DNA of 64,000 bases, taken from contig CALJHE010000005.1 of the NCBI GenBank assembly GCA_938075675.1, positions 71,097-135,096 of the forward strand, read 5' to 3'. Numbering within the stretch: position 1 is the stretch's first letter; each line of letters starts with the position of its first letter. A model generated the notes under the pieces. That model was not told the origin of the DNA. It was given only the letters and a program-made list of their open reading frames with translations, and did no database searches. The position numbers and the translations under genes are program-made. Source of the DNA: Candidatus Poseidoniaceae archaeon (GTDB taxonomy: Archaea; Thermoplasmatota; Poseidoniia; Poseidoniales; Poseidoniaceae). This document shows positions 50,225 through 59,731 of the stretch, piece after piece.

Positions 50225-51082
50225 TCATTCCTTCTTCCAATTCGCTGCTCGCTTATCGAGGAAAGAGGAAAGGCCTTCTTGTCCTTCACTTGAACCTCGC
50301 ATGCGGCTGGTAAAATCGAGTGTGTATTCACGGAGTTCTTCGTCAGTACCGTTCCAACGGTCGAACTGGAGAGTGAGTTCTTTGGCAAGCGTCACGGCTT
50401 GCGGGCCTGTGGTAAGTACCTCATCAATAAGGAGGTCAACGGCCTGTGAAAGATCGTCAACACCATCGACCACTGCTTCGATAAAACCGGTACGAAGCGC
50501 TTCCTCTGAACCAATACGGCTGGCTTGCATTGCAAGTCTCCTAAAACATGCTGAACCTAAACGTCGGTACACATAGGGCCCAATTACAGCAGGGAGAATA
50601 CCCAATTTACCCTCCGAAAGAGCGATCTTAACATTTGAAGTTGCAATGACGTGGTCCAAACAAGCCACAAGTCCAGCACCTCCGCCAAGTGCCACGCCTT
50701 GAATTGCGCCTACAGTAAAACACGGGTGTGCCCAAAGCCCATTGAAAAGACGGTCCAACCGTTCTGAGTCAATTCGATTCTCTTCGGGAGTGTTTGCGCC
50801 TGCATCTCGCATCATGTTGATGTCAGCACCTGCACAGAAATGACGGCCAGCACCCGAAAGCACGAGCGTACGTAGGTAAGGAGTTCCATTGGCGTCTGCA
50901 AGCGTTCCTTGCGTGCCAACACTGCGCTCTGAGGTCCAATCGAACAGCGTACAGAGTTCAGTAATCATTTGAATATTCAAAGCATTGAATTTGTCTTCCC
51001 GGTCCAATTTGATGTGGCATCCTGAATCTTCGATGACAATTGATACAAGTTCGGTTGAAGGTGGTGTATCCATGAGCGTCAT
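50225..51082 (-). CDS. liuC: Enoyl-CoA hydratase family, probable methylglutaconyl-CoA hydratase
   Basis: FCAGAD, GGGAGL and SEGKLGILPAVIGPY; operon context. Confidence 0.8.
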   Translation of the reverse strand: MTLMDTPPSTELVSIVIEDSGCHIKLDREDKFNALNIQMITELCTLFDWTSERSVGTQGTLADANGTPYLRTLVLSGAGRHFCAGADINMMRDAGANTPEENRIDSERLDRLFNGLWAHPCFTVGAIQGVALGGGAGLVACLDHVIATSNVKIALSEGKLGILPAVIGPYVYRRLGSACFRRLAMQASRIGSEEALRTGFIEAVVDGVDDLSQAVDLLIDEVLTTGPQAVTLAKELTLQFDRWNGTDEELREYTLDFTSRMRGSSEGQEGLSSFLDKRAANWKKE

Positions 51083-51106
51083 CTAAAAAACTCCAATTGC
51101 ATTTTT

Positions 51107-51118
51107 AATTTATAAATT
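51107..51118 (-). promoter_or_regulatory. AT-rich palindrome containing a canonical TATA box (putative internal promoter)
   Basis: AATTTATAAATT in a 43-nt AT-rich gap, about 27-34 nt before ATG 51082. Confidence 0.45.
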
Positions 51119-51125
51119 GATTTAT

Positions 51126-52736
51126 TCACATCCGGAAAACACCGAATCGGTCGTCAGGTAGTGGGGCATTCCGAGCAGCGGCGAGGCACAACCCGAGAAC
51201 ATCTCTCGTGTCCCTTGGGTCGATGATGCCATCGTCCCATAATCGAGCAGTCGAATAATAGGGGCTGCCTTCAGTCTCGTATTTTTCCAAGAACGGCGCC
51301 CTGAACGCTTCGAGTTCTTCGCCAACCATCGCAGCAAGTCCTTCTCGTGCGCGTTGATCTTGTTTGACTGTGGCAAGAACATCGGCGGCTTGTGGACCAC
51401 CCATAACTGAAATACGGCTGTTGGGCCACATGAAAAGGAATCGCGGGTCAAAAGCACGTCCACACATACCGTAATTGCCCGCTCCATGAGAGCCGCCAAT
51501 GATGACAGTAAACTTGGGTACATTAACGCATGAAACTGCCGTGACTAACTTAGCGCCATCCTTTGCAATTCCACCTGCTTCGTAGTCCTTGCCTACCATG
51601 AAACCGGTAATGTTCTGCAAGAATACGAGAGGAATTCCTCGCTGCCCACACAGTTCAACGAAGTGTGCCCCCTTGAGTGATGATTCAGAAAACAAAATGC
51701 CGTTGTTTGCAACAATACCGACCTTATGGCCGTGAATGTGAGCAAAACCGCAAACCAATGTTGTTCCGTATCGTGATTTGAATTCATGGAAGCGAGAACC
51801 GTCGACAACACGAGCGATAATCTCCATGATGTCAACTGGCGTTCTGTTGTCGCTGGGTACAAGGCCGAGCAAATCATCGACATCGTGAGCTGGCTCTTCC
51901 ACTGGAGCGCTCGCCACGGGTGCAAGCGTTCGTGGGCCGAGGTTTTCGACGACGTTACGAACCATACGCAACGCTTCAGGCTCGTCTTCAGCGAAATGGT
52001 CTGCAACACCGGATTGAGAGGTGTGTACATCTGCACCGCCGAGCTCTCCCGCAGTTACTTCCTCACCGGTAGCTGCTTTGACAAGCGGCGGACCTGCAAG
52101 GAAAATAGTACCGTTGCCCTTGACAATGATTGATTCATCACTCATTGCAGGTACATATGCGCCGCCAGCGGTGCATGAGCCGAGGACTGCTGCAACTTGT
52201 GGAATCTTGTCTCCGGACATTCGAGCCTGATTGCGGAAGATTCGGCCAAAGTGCCCGATGTCAGGAAACACTTCATCCTGCATTGGCAAGAAAGCACCAC
52301 CAGAGTCAACTAAGTAGATACATGGGAGATGGTTTTCATGAGCCACAGTTTGTGCCCGAATGTGCTTTTTGACCGTCATTGGATAGTATGAACCGCCTTT
52401 GACCGTTGCATCATTGGCAACGAAAAGACACTCTCGTCCATGAACCATGCCAATGCCGGTCACAATTCCTGCTGAGTGCGCCTTTCCATCGTACAGGTCG
52501 AACGCTGCCAGTGGAGACAATTCAAGGAATGCAGTTCCAGGGTCAATGATTCGTTCAATACGTTCCCTCGCAAGCATCTTGTCACGGCTGCGGTGACGTT
52601 CGACGTACTTACCGCCGCCACCGTTTGATGCAACAGCAAGTCGCTCCTGCAGCGTTTCAATGAGAGACAAATTGAACGCTTTCCGCTCACCAAACTCCGG
52701 GTCACTTCGATTCACACGGGTAGGTAATCGGTCCAT
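51126..52736 (-). CDS. liuB: Methylcrotonyl-CoA carboxylase beta (carboxyltransferase) subunit
   Basis: [44 protein letters not shown] and terminal GVFRM. Confidence 0.9.
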   Translation of the reverse strand: MDRLPTRVNRSDPEFGERKAFNLSLIETLQERLAVASNGGGGKYVERHRSRDKMLARERIERIIDPGTAFLELSPLAAFDLYDGKAHSAGIVTGIGMVHGRECLFVANDATVKGGSYYPMTVKKHIRAQTVAHENHLPCIYLVDSGGAFLPMQDEVFPDIGHFGRIFRNQARMSGDKIPQVAAVLGSCTAGGAYVPAMSDESIIVKGNGTIFLAGPPLVKAATGEEVTAGELGGADVHTSQSGVADHFAEDEPEALRMVRNVVENLGPRTLAPVASAPVEEPAHDVDDLLGLVPSDNRTPVDIMEIIARVVDGSRFHEFKSRYGTTLVCGFAHIHGHKVGIVANNGILFSESSLKGAHFVELCGQRGIPLVFLQNITGFMVGKDYEAGGIAKDGAKLVTAVSCVNVPKFTVIIGGSHGAGNYGMCGRAFDPRFLFMWPNSRISVMGGPQAADVLATVKQDQRAREGLAAMVGEELEAFRAPFLEKYETEGSPYYSTARLWDDGIIDPRDTRDVLGLCLAAARNAPLPDDRFGVFRM

Positions 52737-52810
52737 CTTCACCCCTCAAACCAAGGGAGGTGGATGCCGTCTTTAACACTACTACAACCAATGTATCGGA
52801 TGCTTGGGCA

Positions 52811-54199
52811 TCAAACGCCCAGCATTAGGCGTCCAATGTCTCGCAAACCGGGCGCTAATCCAACAATGAGTACGGCCAAAACAATGAGAATTCTGATGTG
52901 CCTTTGCCGAGTCTCGACCTTCATTTCGATGAACATCATGGTGATTGCAGCGATGAGGCCTGCCTTAATGAGAACGAATAACCAAGCCCCTTCTCCAAAA
53001 TTGATTCCAAGCATGTTGTTGATTTCTCCACCGTAAACAATCACTTGATTGCTAACCACGTGTTTCTCGCCGTATCCAAAGAAATCGATTCCAACCATGG
53101 TTGCAAAACCATCGCACAGTTGCCCGTAGACCATTGCCAACACCATCGGGCTGGCGAGTAAAGCACGCCGAGAAAGCATTTCAACAGGGTGATTGTCGAT
53201 TTCCTCCCCAGCGGACTCCCACGATTTAATACGAATACCATCGGGTAAAACACCAGCTTCATAGCCTGTAAGTTTCATTTGAAGAGCGTCGTCTCGACCC
53301 ATGCGGTACATCGCATAGCATACCAAACCAGGAATGCCGAGAACGACAAACAAAGGCCACCACTCAATCGATTCGGAAACTCGAGAACTTTCTTGTGCCC
53401 ATGGGGTAGAAAGAAACTGAAACCAGTGAAAGAGACCAAGCGTACTGGCTGCACTTCCGAAAGAAAGTAGCCCGCGAGTCATTGCCGGCCATCCACGGGT
53501 ATTGATAAGCACTGAAAACAGCACTGCATATGAAGCGAATACACCAAGCCAAACCCACAGCATACCCATCGATTCATGGTCTGAATAAGCAGGTTGGTAC
53601 AGGAAACTCCAGTGGAAAAACAAGCCTAAGGAGAGGAGAGGAATCAATGAACGACGCATCTTGTTTTCCGACTTGTCGTTGTGGTCATTTTCCCATTGTG
53701 AAGCCACGTAGTGTGAAATCCCGGCGACAATTACCAACCAGGCCGCCAAATGCAGGTGGATAATTGGAGAAATAAACAACCAGTCCATGTCGGAATTAAA
53801 GAAATCAGCATCCTCAAGAACACGCAAAACTGGAGCAAGACAAACCCATGCAAGTAAAGCAATGAGCATCCGGTCATCGGCTGGAACCTTGATTTTTCGG
53901 AAAATGGCTTGTAGAACTACCACGCTCGCAAGCATGCTGAATGTGTAAAGAAGTGTGTTCATTGGGTTGTAATCTGCATCACCAGCCGAACCTGCGTCCT
54001 CAACGATTGGATCCCAGACTACGGGTTTGAGGCCGTCGGTCCAGATAACATCGTTCGCCACAAAAAAACCAACAAACACCGCTCCAAAGGTCAACATTGC
54101 AAGCCATAGCGCTGCTTTCTCAAGAGGTGAATACTCTTCACATGGAAGTGCAGGATTATCGCCAATGAGTTGTTCTTCAAGTTGTTCAAGACTTGACAT
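52811..54199 (-). CDS. Polytopic membrane protein, DUF63-like
   Basis: YNPMNTLLY, RVLED, DGFAT...YGEKH and GLAPGLRD motifs. Confidence 0.72.
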   Translation of the reverse strand: MSSLEQLEEQLIGDNPALPCEEYSPLEKAALWLAMLTFGAVFVGFFVANDVIWTDGLKPVVWDPIVEDAGSAGDADYNPMNTLLYTFSMLASVVVLQAIFRKIKVPADDRMLIALLAWVCLAPVLRVLEDADFFNSDMDWLFISPIIHLHLAAWLVIVAGISHYVASQWENDHNDKSENKMRRSLIPLLSLGLFFHWSFLYQPAYSDHESMGMLWVWLGVFASYAVLFSVLINTRGWPAMTRGLLSFGSAASTLGLFHWFQFLSTPWAQESSRVSESIEWWPLFVVLGIPGLVCYAMYRMGRDDALQMKLTGYEAGVLPDGIRIKSWESAGEEIDNHPVEMLSRRALLASPMVLAMVYGQLCDGFATMVGIDFFGYGEKHVVSNQVIVYGGEINNMLGINFGEGAWLFVLIKAGLIAAITMMFIEMKVETRQRHIRILIVLAVLIVGLAPGLRDIGRLMLGV

Positions 54200-54277
54200 G
54201 GCTATCACTGTTCACGCCTGTAGGCTCTCATCAATATCCTTTCGGGACGGTTGACTGGGAATTGTCCGATAGTGAGT

Positions 54278-55117
54278 TCACTCTTCTTCTTCGGAAAGAC
54301 GAGCGATTAGATCTGCTTTCTTGCCGCCAACTGGAAGGCCGGCTGCCTTGCATCGCTCTTTGAGTTCAGCAACGGAGAGTGAGGAAAGGTCTTCGCCTTC
54401 GTCTTGTGTTTCTTCTTCGTCGTCGTTTTCAACCCCGAATCCACGAGGCTCATGAACTTCGATGAAGGAAACCTTACCGCATTCAACTGCGTCTCGGATT
54501 GTGGTTACCAATCGGAACTTGAGCATGGCTGCGTTGGTATCGAAAAGCATGGTTTGTGGAAGAACAATTGAGAGGTCATCGCCAGAGAAACTGACTTCGA
54601 AACCTGAATGTCCAGTGTTTGCTTGCAGAAGAGCAGTGACTTGGTCTTCCTTTCCTTCGACAACATCAACGACGTTGAACGAGTACTTGAGGGACTTTCC
54701 AGCCATTGGATGGTTGTAGTCGATACGAGCTCGACCTGCTGCGAGGTAGGAAAGTTGGCCTTGGCGGCCGTTGATGGTCACTGGTGCTCCAATGTAGAGT
54801 GAGTTTGGGTCTTGTACTGCACGGATGAGTTTGTCAATACTGATGGTTTCGATTTGTTCTGCGTCCTTCTCACCGTATGCGTCTACAGGTGCGATTACGA
54901 CTTCAGTTTCCTTACCCTTCTTTGCTCCAGCAAGTGCTTCTTCAAATCCAGGAATAAGTTGTCCTCCGCCAACGATGCAAACCATTGGTTCGTAGGAACG
55001 GTTCTCTTGATGAGCATCGTGCTCTTTTGCGACTGCTTCTCGGGTGGTCTCGATGAGATCGCCTGTTTCATTGTTGTAGAGTTCATAATCAACGTGGACA
55101 ATAGTTCCGTCTTCCAT
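54278..55117 (-). CDS. Long-type FKBP peptidyl-prolyl isomerase with C-terminal SAP domain
   Basis: LIPGFEEAL, AYG and DYNHPMAGK; tail LSVAELKERCKAAGLPVGGKKADLIARL; GGGAGGT RBS. Confidence 0.9.
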   Translation of the reverse strand: MEDGTIVHVDYELYNNETGDLIETTREAVAKEHDAHQENRSYEPMVCIVGGGQLIPGFEEALAGAKKGKETEVVIAPVDAYGEKDAEQIETISIDKLIRAVQDPNSLYIGAPVTINGRQGQLSYLAAGRARIDYNHPMAGKSLKYSFNVVDVVEGKEDQVTALLQANTGHSGFEVSFSGDDLSIVLPQTMLFDTNAAMLKFRLVTTIRDAVECGKVSFIEVHEPRGFGVENDDEEETQDEGEDLSSLSVAELKERCKAAGLPVGGKKADLIARLSEEEE

Positions 55118-55187
55118 GGTATTACCTCCCTTTCGGGTAGTCCGGCGACCGTCGCCCCCTTGATAATTGCATTGGCGGGAGTGTTGT

Positions 55188-57821
55188 TCACTCTTCTTCG
55201 CTTGAGAGGGCATGCTGTTGCCTCAGTGTGCCGTTTTTACTGATATCACCCAAAACAATCATTCCCATTCCAAACAGCATCGTCGTCCAGCCGAGCCACA
55301 CGAAATGAGATGCTGGCAAATCGTAAACGGTTACGCGTACAAGTTCGATGGAATCAGAACCGTTCTGAGCGGTTTGCTGCATCAAACCATTGGCTTGACT
55401 GCCGTCAAATATGAACACAATGTCTCCACTCCAGCGCGAAAGTGTATCGACTTCAGAGCGCGATTTAGATTGTAATACAAAGCCTGAATCGGTTGTTGTG
55501 TCAAAACGCATCATGCCGGGTTCAACAGAACCAATCTTGTCTCCAATTGCTCCGCCCTCAAGTTCGTAAACATCGATTTGAATTCCAACATATCCGTCGC
55601 CGACTTCAAGGTCCTCAGATGTCATACGCAATCCAGTAAATTCATACCCATAATCACCATGAATCACCGTCTCTCCTTTCACCATGGTAACTCGGTGACT
55701 GGCATCCCCACGATCAACAAGAACGGTTGTGTAAACATGGCCTACCAAAAGAAGGAGAAGACCAAGATGCACAATGTGCGCACCAAGCGGTATTCTACGC
55801 CACCACGGTTCTTTTGAGCGCTGGATACCTTGCGTAACCACGACTTCTTTCACCATGGGGACGATGACGAGAAGTACAATCGGCAAGGTGAGCCATGCAA
55901 GAACACCTCGGACAATGAGCGAAGACATTGCCGTACTGGAATCCATACCAAAGGCAGTAGGTTGCCACAGTGCAAAAACCACCGAGAGTACCAGGGTTAC
56001 AATCAGCAGGATAGCATTACGTTGAGCCTCATGACGTCGATTGGTGTACAAAAACATCGCTCCTGCGAGAGCCATGATAAACGGCGTCCCGTACAACTCA
56101 TGACCTTCAAAATGAATAGAATCGATGCTGGAAAGAAGCAGCACTAATGTCAAAATTAGATACGTTCCCACGACCAAAACCGACGACCACAATGCTATTT
56201 TTTGCTGGCTCTTGCGTTCAAAGAGAGAGAATTTGGAACTTCCTTCCTTTTCCGGTACCGCCAACCATGGAAGGATGAAGAAGAACATAATCAATGCAGC
56301 TGGGAACACTTCGATCATACCAGACCAAGCACCTGCAAGACCGAGGACAACGCCGCTGGAACCTACAGCCCATTCTTTAGAAGCGTCTACAGAGTAAAAC
56401 AGTGGGGTAAAGAGCACCAAAAAGAATGCAGTGTACAGGAAATTATCTGTCGAGCCAAAAATCAGAACAGCAATCCCGATCAACAGAGGGAACTGTAGGT
56501 ACGAACGGTCGTTTTGCTCACTTGAAAAGAGTCCAGAGAAACTCCACCCTTCACCAGCATGTGTGGTTTTCGACGATGAACTCAATGTTTCAACGGCCAA
56601 CGGAGCCAGGAGAACGGAGGCGAAAACGATGCTTGGAGTATACGCATAGAGAGTCGGCTCGAACGATGAGGGGCATGCAGAAAGTATTGTTGAGTCACAG
56701 GTTTGTTCGATGTATGCGCGCATTGCCAGCGCACTTATCACGCCGAAAATCGGTAGTGCAAAGAGCCACTGAGAACGAGGAGAAGGTTTCCATTGAACCG
56801 ATGAGTGGCGTTGAAGTTGCAGCCAAAAACCCATCAAGAGGAGAAGTACGATGAGGTAAGTCATGACTTCGACGCCCGCTGTTGAATCGTTCTTGAGAAC
56901 CAGCATTCTGGAAAAGGCATCTGTTGGAGGACTTCCGTCAGAATTGGTCACAAAGGTATGTACCGATGAAGCCCATACACCTCCAGCGCGAGTTACCAGC
57001 GTTGCGAACAATGCAAGACCACCCGCAGCCAGTCCTGCACCAATCCATGTGGTATCGGAGGTTTTCCCCGGTCGAGTTCTCAAATGCGACATCAGCACGA
57101 GGGCGAGCCAAGGCAGCAATGAACCAGTCTCAACCGGGTCCCAAGCCCAATAACCGCCCCAGTCAAGGATGAGGTAAGCCCATAGACCACCTAACCCGAT
57201 GCCAAGTGTAGATACAAATAAGCCGGGCCGGACAATGTGAAGCATGCGTTGTTTGATACCGTCAGAATTTCCGAACATCGATGAAAGAGCGACTGCACTG
57301 ATGTGTAAACACAGCGAATAGGCAAGGAAAATCAAGGGAGGGTGTATGACCATAAGGTCCGTTTGCAGGAGTTCGTTGAGTCCCTGGCCGACACCGTTGC
57401 CAGTACTGGCCTTGAACGGATCTAAGTTCCAAGCTAAAAGCAACAAGAGGAGATTGAAACCGTACACCAAGCGGAGCCTTGTAGAATGCGTAAACTCATC
57501 AGCCTCACCTGGCATTCGCTTGCGCCAAACAAACGCTAGAACAGTCATCCACATCACCCACAATAGAAGCGGCCCTTCACGAGCAGCCCACGTGGCTGCA
57601 AATCTGTATTTGAGCGGAAGTGCTTCACCACCGTAAGACACCACATGTGCATACGATGTATCGTTTGCAAGGAAGCGGCTAGCGAGGGCAAAGAACGGCA
57701 AAGCCATCAAGAAGTGACATGCCAGAGAACCTGCTTTGGTTTGTTGATGCAGGAACGGTCGCAGCAACAAAATTGCAGCAGCCAGCAAAGCCAGCCACAT
57801 CGTCACACCCCACATGGGCAT
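55188..57821 (-). CDS. ccmF: Cytochrome c biogenesis heme lyase, CcmF/CcsA family
   Basis: IHPPL, WGGYWAWDPVE (WWD motif), SVHTF and HIVHLG. Exact start uncertain. Confidence 0.9.
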   Translation of the reverse strand: MPMWGVTMWLALLAAAILLLRPFLHQQTKAGSLACHFLMALPFFALASRFLANDTSYAHVVSYGGEALPLKYRFAATWAAREGPLLLWVMWMTVLAFVWRKRMPGEADEFTHSTRLRLVYGFNLLLLLLAWNLDPFKASTGNGVGQGLNELLQTDLMVIHPPLIFLAYSLCLHISAVALSSMFGNSDGIKQRMLHIVRPGLFVSTLGIGLGGLWAYLILDWGGYWAWDPVETGSLLPWLALVLMSHLRTRPGKTSDTTWIGAGLAAGGLALFATLVTRAGGVWASSVHTFVTNSDGSPPTDAFSRMLVLKNDSTAGVEVMTYLIVLLLLMGFWLQLQRHSSVQWKPSPRSQWLFALPIFGVISALAMRAYIEQTCDSTILSACPSSFEPTLYAYTPSIVFASVLLAPLAVETLSSSSKTTHAGEGWSFSGLFSSEQNDRSYLQFPLLIGIAVLIFGSTDNFLYTAFFLVLFTPLFYSVDASKEWAVGSSGVVLGLAGAWSGMIEVFPAALIMFFFILPWLAVPEKEGSSKFSLFERKSQQKIALWSSVLVVGTYLILTLVLLLSSIDSIHFEGHELYGTPFIMALAGAMFLYTNRRHEAQRNAILLIVTLVLSVVFALWQPTAFGMDSSTAMSSLIVRGVLAWLTLPIVLLVIVPMVKEVVVTQGIQRSKEPWWRRIPLGAHIVHLGLLLLLVGHVYTTVLVDRGDASHRVTMVKGETVIHGDYGYEFTGLRMTSEDLEVGDGYVGIQIDVYELEGGAIGDKIGSVEPGMMRFDTTTDSGFVLQSKSRSEVDTLSRWSGDIVFIFDGSQANGLMQQTAQNGSDSIELVRVTVYDLPASHFVWLGWTTMLFGMGMIVLGDISKNGTLRQQHALSSEEE

Positions 57822-57876
57822 TGCTCGTGATGCTCCTTCAAGGAGGTTGCGCGATAACTGGTGAGATTAAACGAAC

Positions 57877-59118
57877 TTACCAACCAAAGAACTTCGCTCT
57901 CGAATATCCGAACGAGAGCAAAACATGAATGACGCTCTTGGTAAACAACATTGGCTTACGGACAAGGATTTTGAGACCTATGCCTAGCTTCTGCAAGGGC
58001 GACATGTTACCGAGTTCTTCAGGCAAACATCGAGCCATAATAGACATTTCATCGTCGCTGAGTTCGTACAGCGCAGTCTTCCCTTTGAGAATTTTAGAAT
58101 ACGGAGGGAAGGCTTTCTTCCATTCATTCTCATACTTCATCAGATGTTGTTTGGAGAGGACAGCATCCGATTTTAGAACCGATGCAATCGTTTGAGCAGC
58201 TTGTCGACCAGACCACAAGGCGAGATGCGAACCTCCTTCAAACAGAGGCGATGTAAATCCAGCAGCGTCCCCGACCAAAATCAGACCGTCACCAACAGTA
58301 ACAGAGCGTGGACCAGAGATTGGTATTGTACCTCCAAACGGCCGAACTTTGATTCCTTCAGCCCGCCAAGGAGGGTTTACGGTTGGTTTACCATCAAGGT
58401 ATGTGTCTTCAATAAAGGAGTTGAGGTATTTGATAGCGCCTTTTTTATCGGTCGTAACCAATCCGACGTTCGCTCTTCCGCCCTTCTTTGGAATCATCCA
58501 AACATAGCCATGTGGAGAATATTTTGGCCAGAGATAGAAATCGAGATAACCATCGTTCTCAACATCGAGTACTTCGTATTGGAAACCAGCGATGACTTCT
58601 ACTTCAGTGCCCATATCAAGGAGTTTCGATGCTGCACCGGAAACTCCAGAGGCGTCGATTACAGATTTGCATTGCAACGGGAATTGTTCACCTTTTCCGC
58701 CTATTTCCCAATAGGAGAATTCATTTTCGCTGTTGAAAACTCGTTCCATGGAAGTCACTCGATGATGGAGATGCAGTTCCGCTCCTTCCTTGATGGCCTC
58801 ATCGCACAACCAGCGCTCGAAGAGGTGCTTTTCCAGCACATATCCTTTCTCCGTCAGGAGCTTCTCCGTCCCGTCAGGAAAGATGACACGGATACCCTTT
58901 ACATCCAGTGCTTTGACGTGATCAGGTATTTCGAGGTCGAGATTGTCAACAGCAAGTTGACTCAAACATTCGCCGCAATGAACAGGGGTGCCAACTTCAG
59001 GGTCAGCCTCGACGATAAGCGTCGATAAACCAGCACGTGCAGCATGCAGTGCAGCAGAGCCGCCACCTGGACCTGCGCCGATTACCAAGACATCCAGCAT
59101 CTTCTCAGCCTCCGCCAT
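57877..59118 (-). CDS. Geranylgeranyl reductase family FAD oxidoreductase
   Basis: GAGPGG, PVHCGE, YVWMIP and VGDAAG...EGG. Confidence 0.87.
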   Translation of the reverse strand: MAEAEKMLDVLVIGAGPGGGSAALHAARAGLSTLIVEADPEVGTPVHCGECLSQLAVDNLDLEIPDHVKALDVKGIRVIFPDGTEKLLTEKGYVLEKHLFERWLCDEAIKEGAELHLHHRVTSMERVFNSENEFSYWEIGGKGEQFPLQCKSVIDASGVSGAASKLLDMGTEVEVIAGFQYEVLDVENDGYLDFYLWPKYSPHGYVWMIPKKGGRANVGLVTTDKKGAIKYLNSFIEDTYLDGKPTVNPPWRAEGIKVRPFGGTIPISGPRSVTVGDGLILVGDAAGFTSPLFEGGSHLALWSGRQAAQTIASVLKSDAVLSKQHLMKYENEWKKAFPPYSKILKGKTALYELSDDEMSIMARCLPEELGNMSPLQKLGIGLKILVRKPMLFTKSVIHVLLSFGYSRAKFFGW

Positions 59119-59160
59119 GGACACCAAGTGAAGAATCAAGTCCATGAAGAAAACGGTCGT

Positions 59161-59628
59161 TCACTCTTCTGAAGGCCGACGCATTACCGCAACCACTGCA
59201 AGCAGACAAAGCGACGAAATTAACGAGACCGATGGTGTTTCCACGGTCTCAGGCTCTGGCTCATCTTCCACAACAACATCCGGTGCTGCTTCGACGGTCA
59301 CCGTTCCGACCATGCCGACTGATTCGTGCGGTTCGCAAACAAACTGATGCACCCCCGCCGTACCCTTTTCGAAAACAAATCGATAATCGACATCGCGTGC
59401 AGGTTCTCCTGAATCGAACAAGCCATCGTTTGCTACAGCGTTGTGTGGAAGGGCTTGTCCATTCCAAACGAATCGAACAGCTTGTCCTTCTTCGACTGTT
59501 ACTTCAGAAGGACTAAATCTCAAACTCGTGCTGTCAACTGTTACAATGACATCGTTCGCTGAACTTTGTGCAGTTGCTTGAGATGCGCTGCAAAGAAGCA
59601 AAAAAACCACAATCAGGAGGCGTTTCAT
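59161..59628 (-). CDS. Membrane-anchored blue copper protein (plastocyanin/halocyanin-like)
   Basis: Signal peptide; HN and CEPHESVGM type-1 Cu ligands; C-terminal TM plus RR. Confidence 0.9.
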   Translation of the reverse strand: MKRLLIVVFLLLCSASQATAQSSANDVIVTVDSTSLRFSPSEVTVEEGQAVRFVWNGQALPHNAVANDGLFDSGEPARDVDYRFVFEKGTAGVHQFVCEPHESVGMVGTVTVEAAPDVVVEDEPEPETVETPSVSLISSLCLLAVVAVMRRPSEE

Positions 59629-59731
59629 GCACTGACACACTCGACTCAGGTTTTCAATGCATGTATTGCTGTCCATACCATTTTCTTGCCTGTGCGCAAA
59701 TACGACGGTTCAAAGAGTGGCTCTACTACGG

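Noticed and set aside
58192-59028. 278-aa antisense ORF (also 10875-11465, 16738-17349 and 18792-19397)
   Set aside because: Each lies opposite a well-conserved gene, has no recognisable motifs, and is expected from codon bias.
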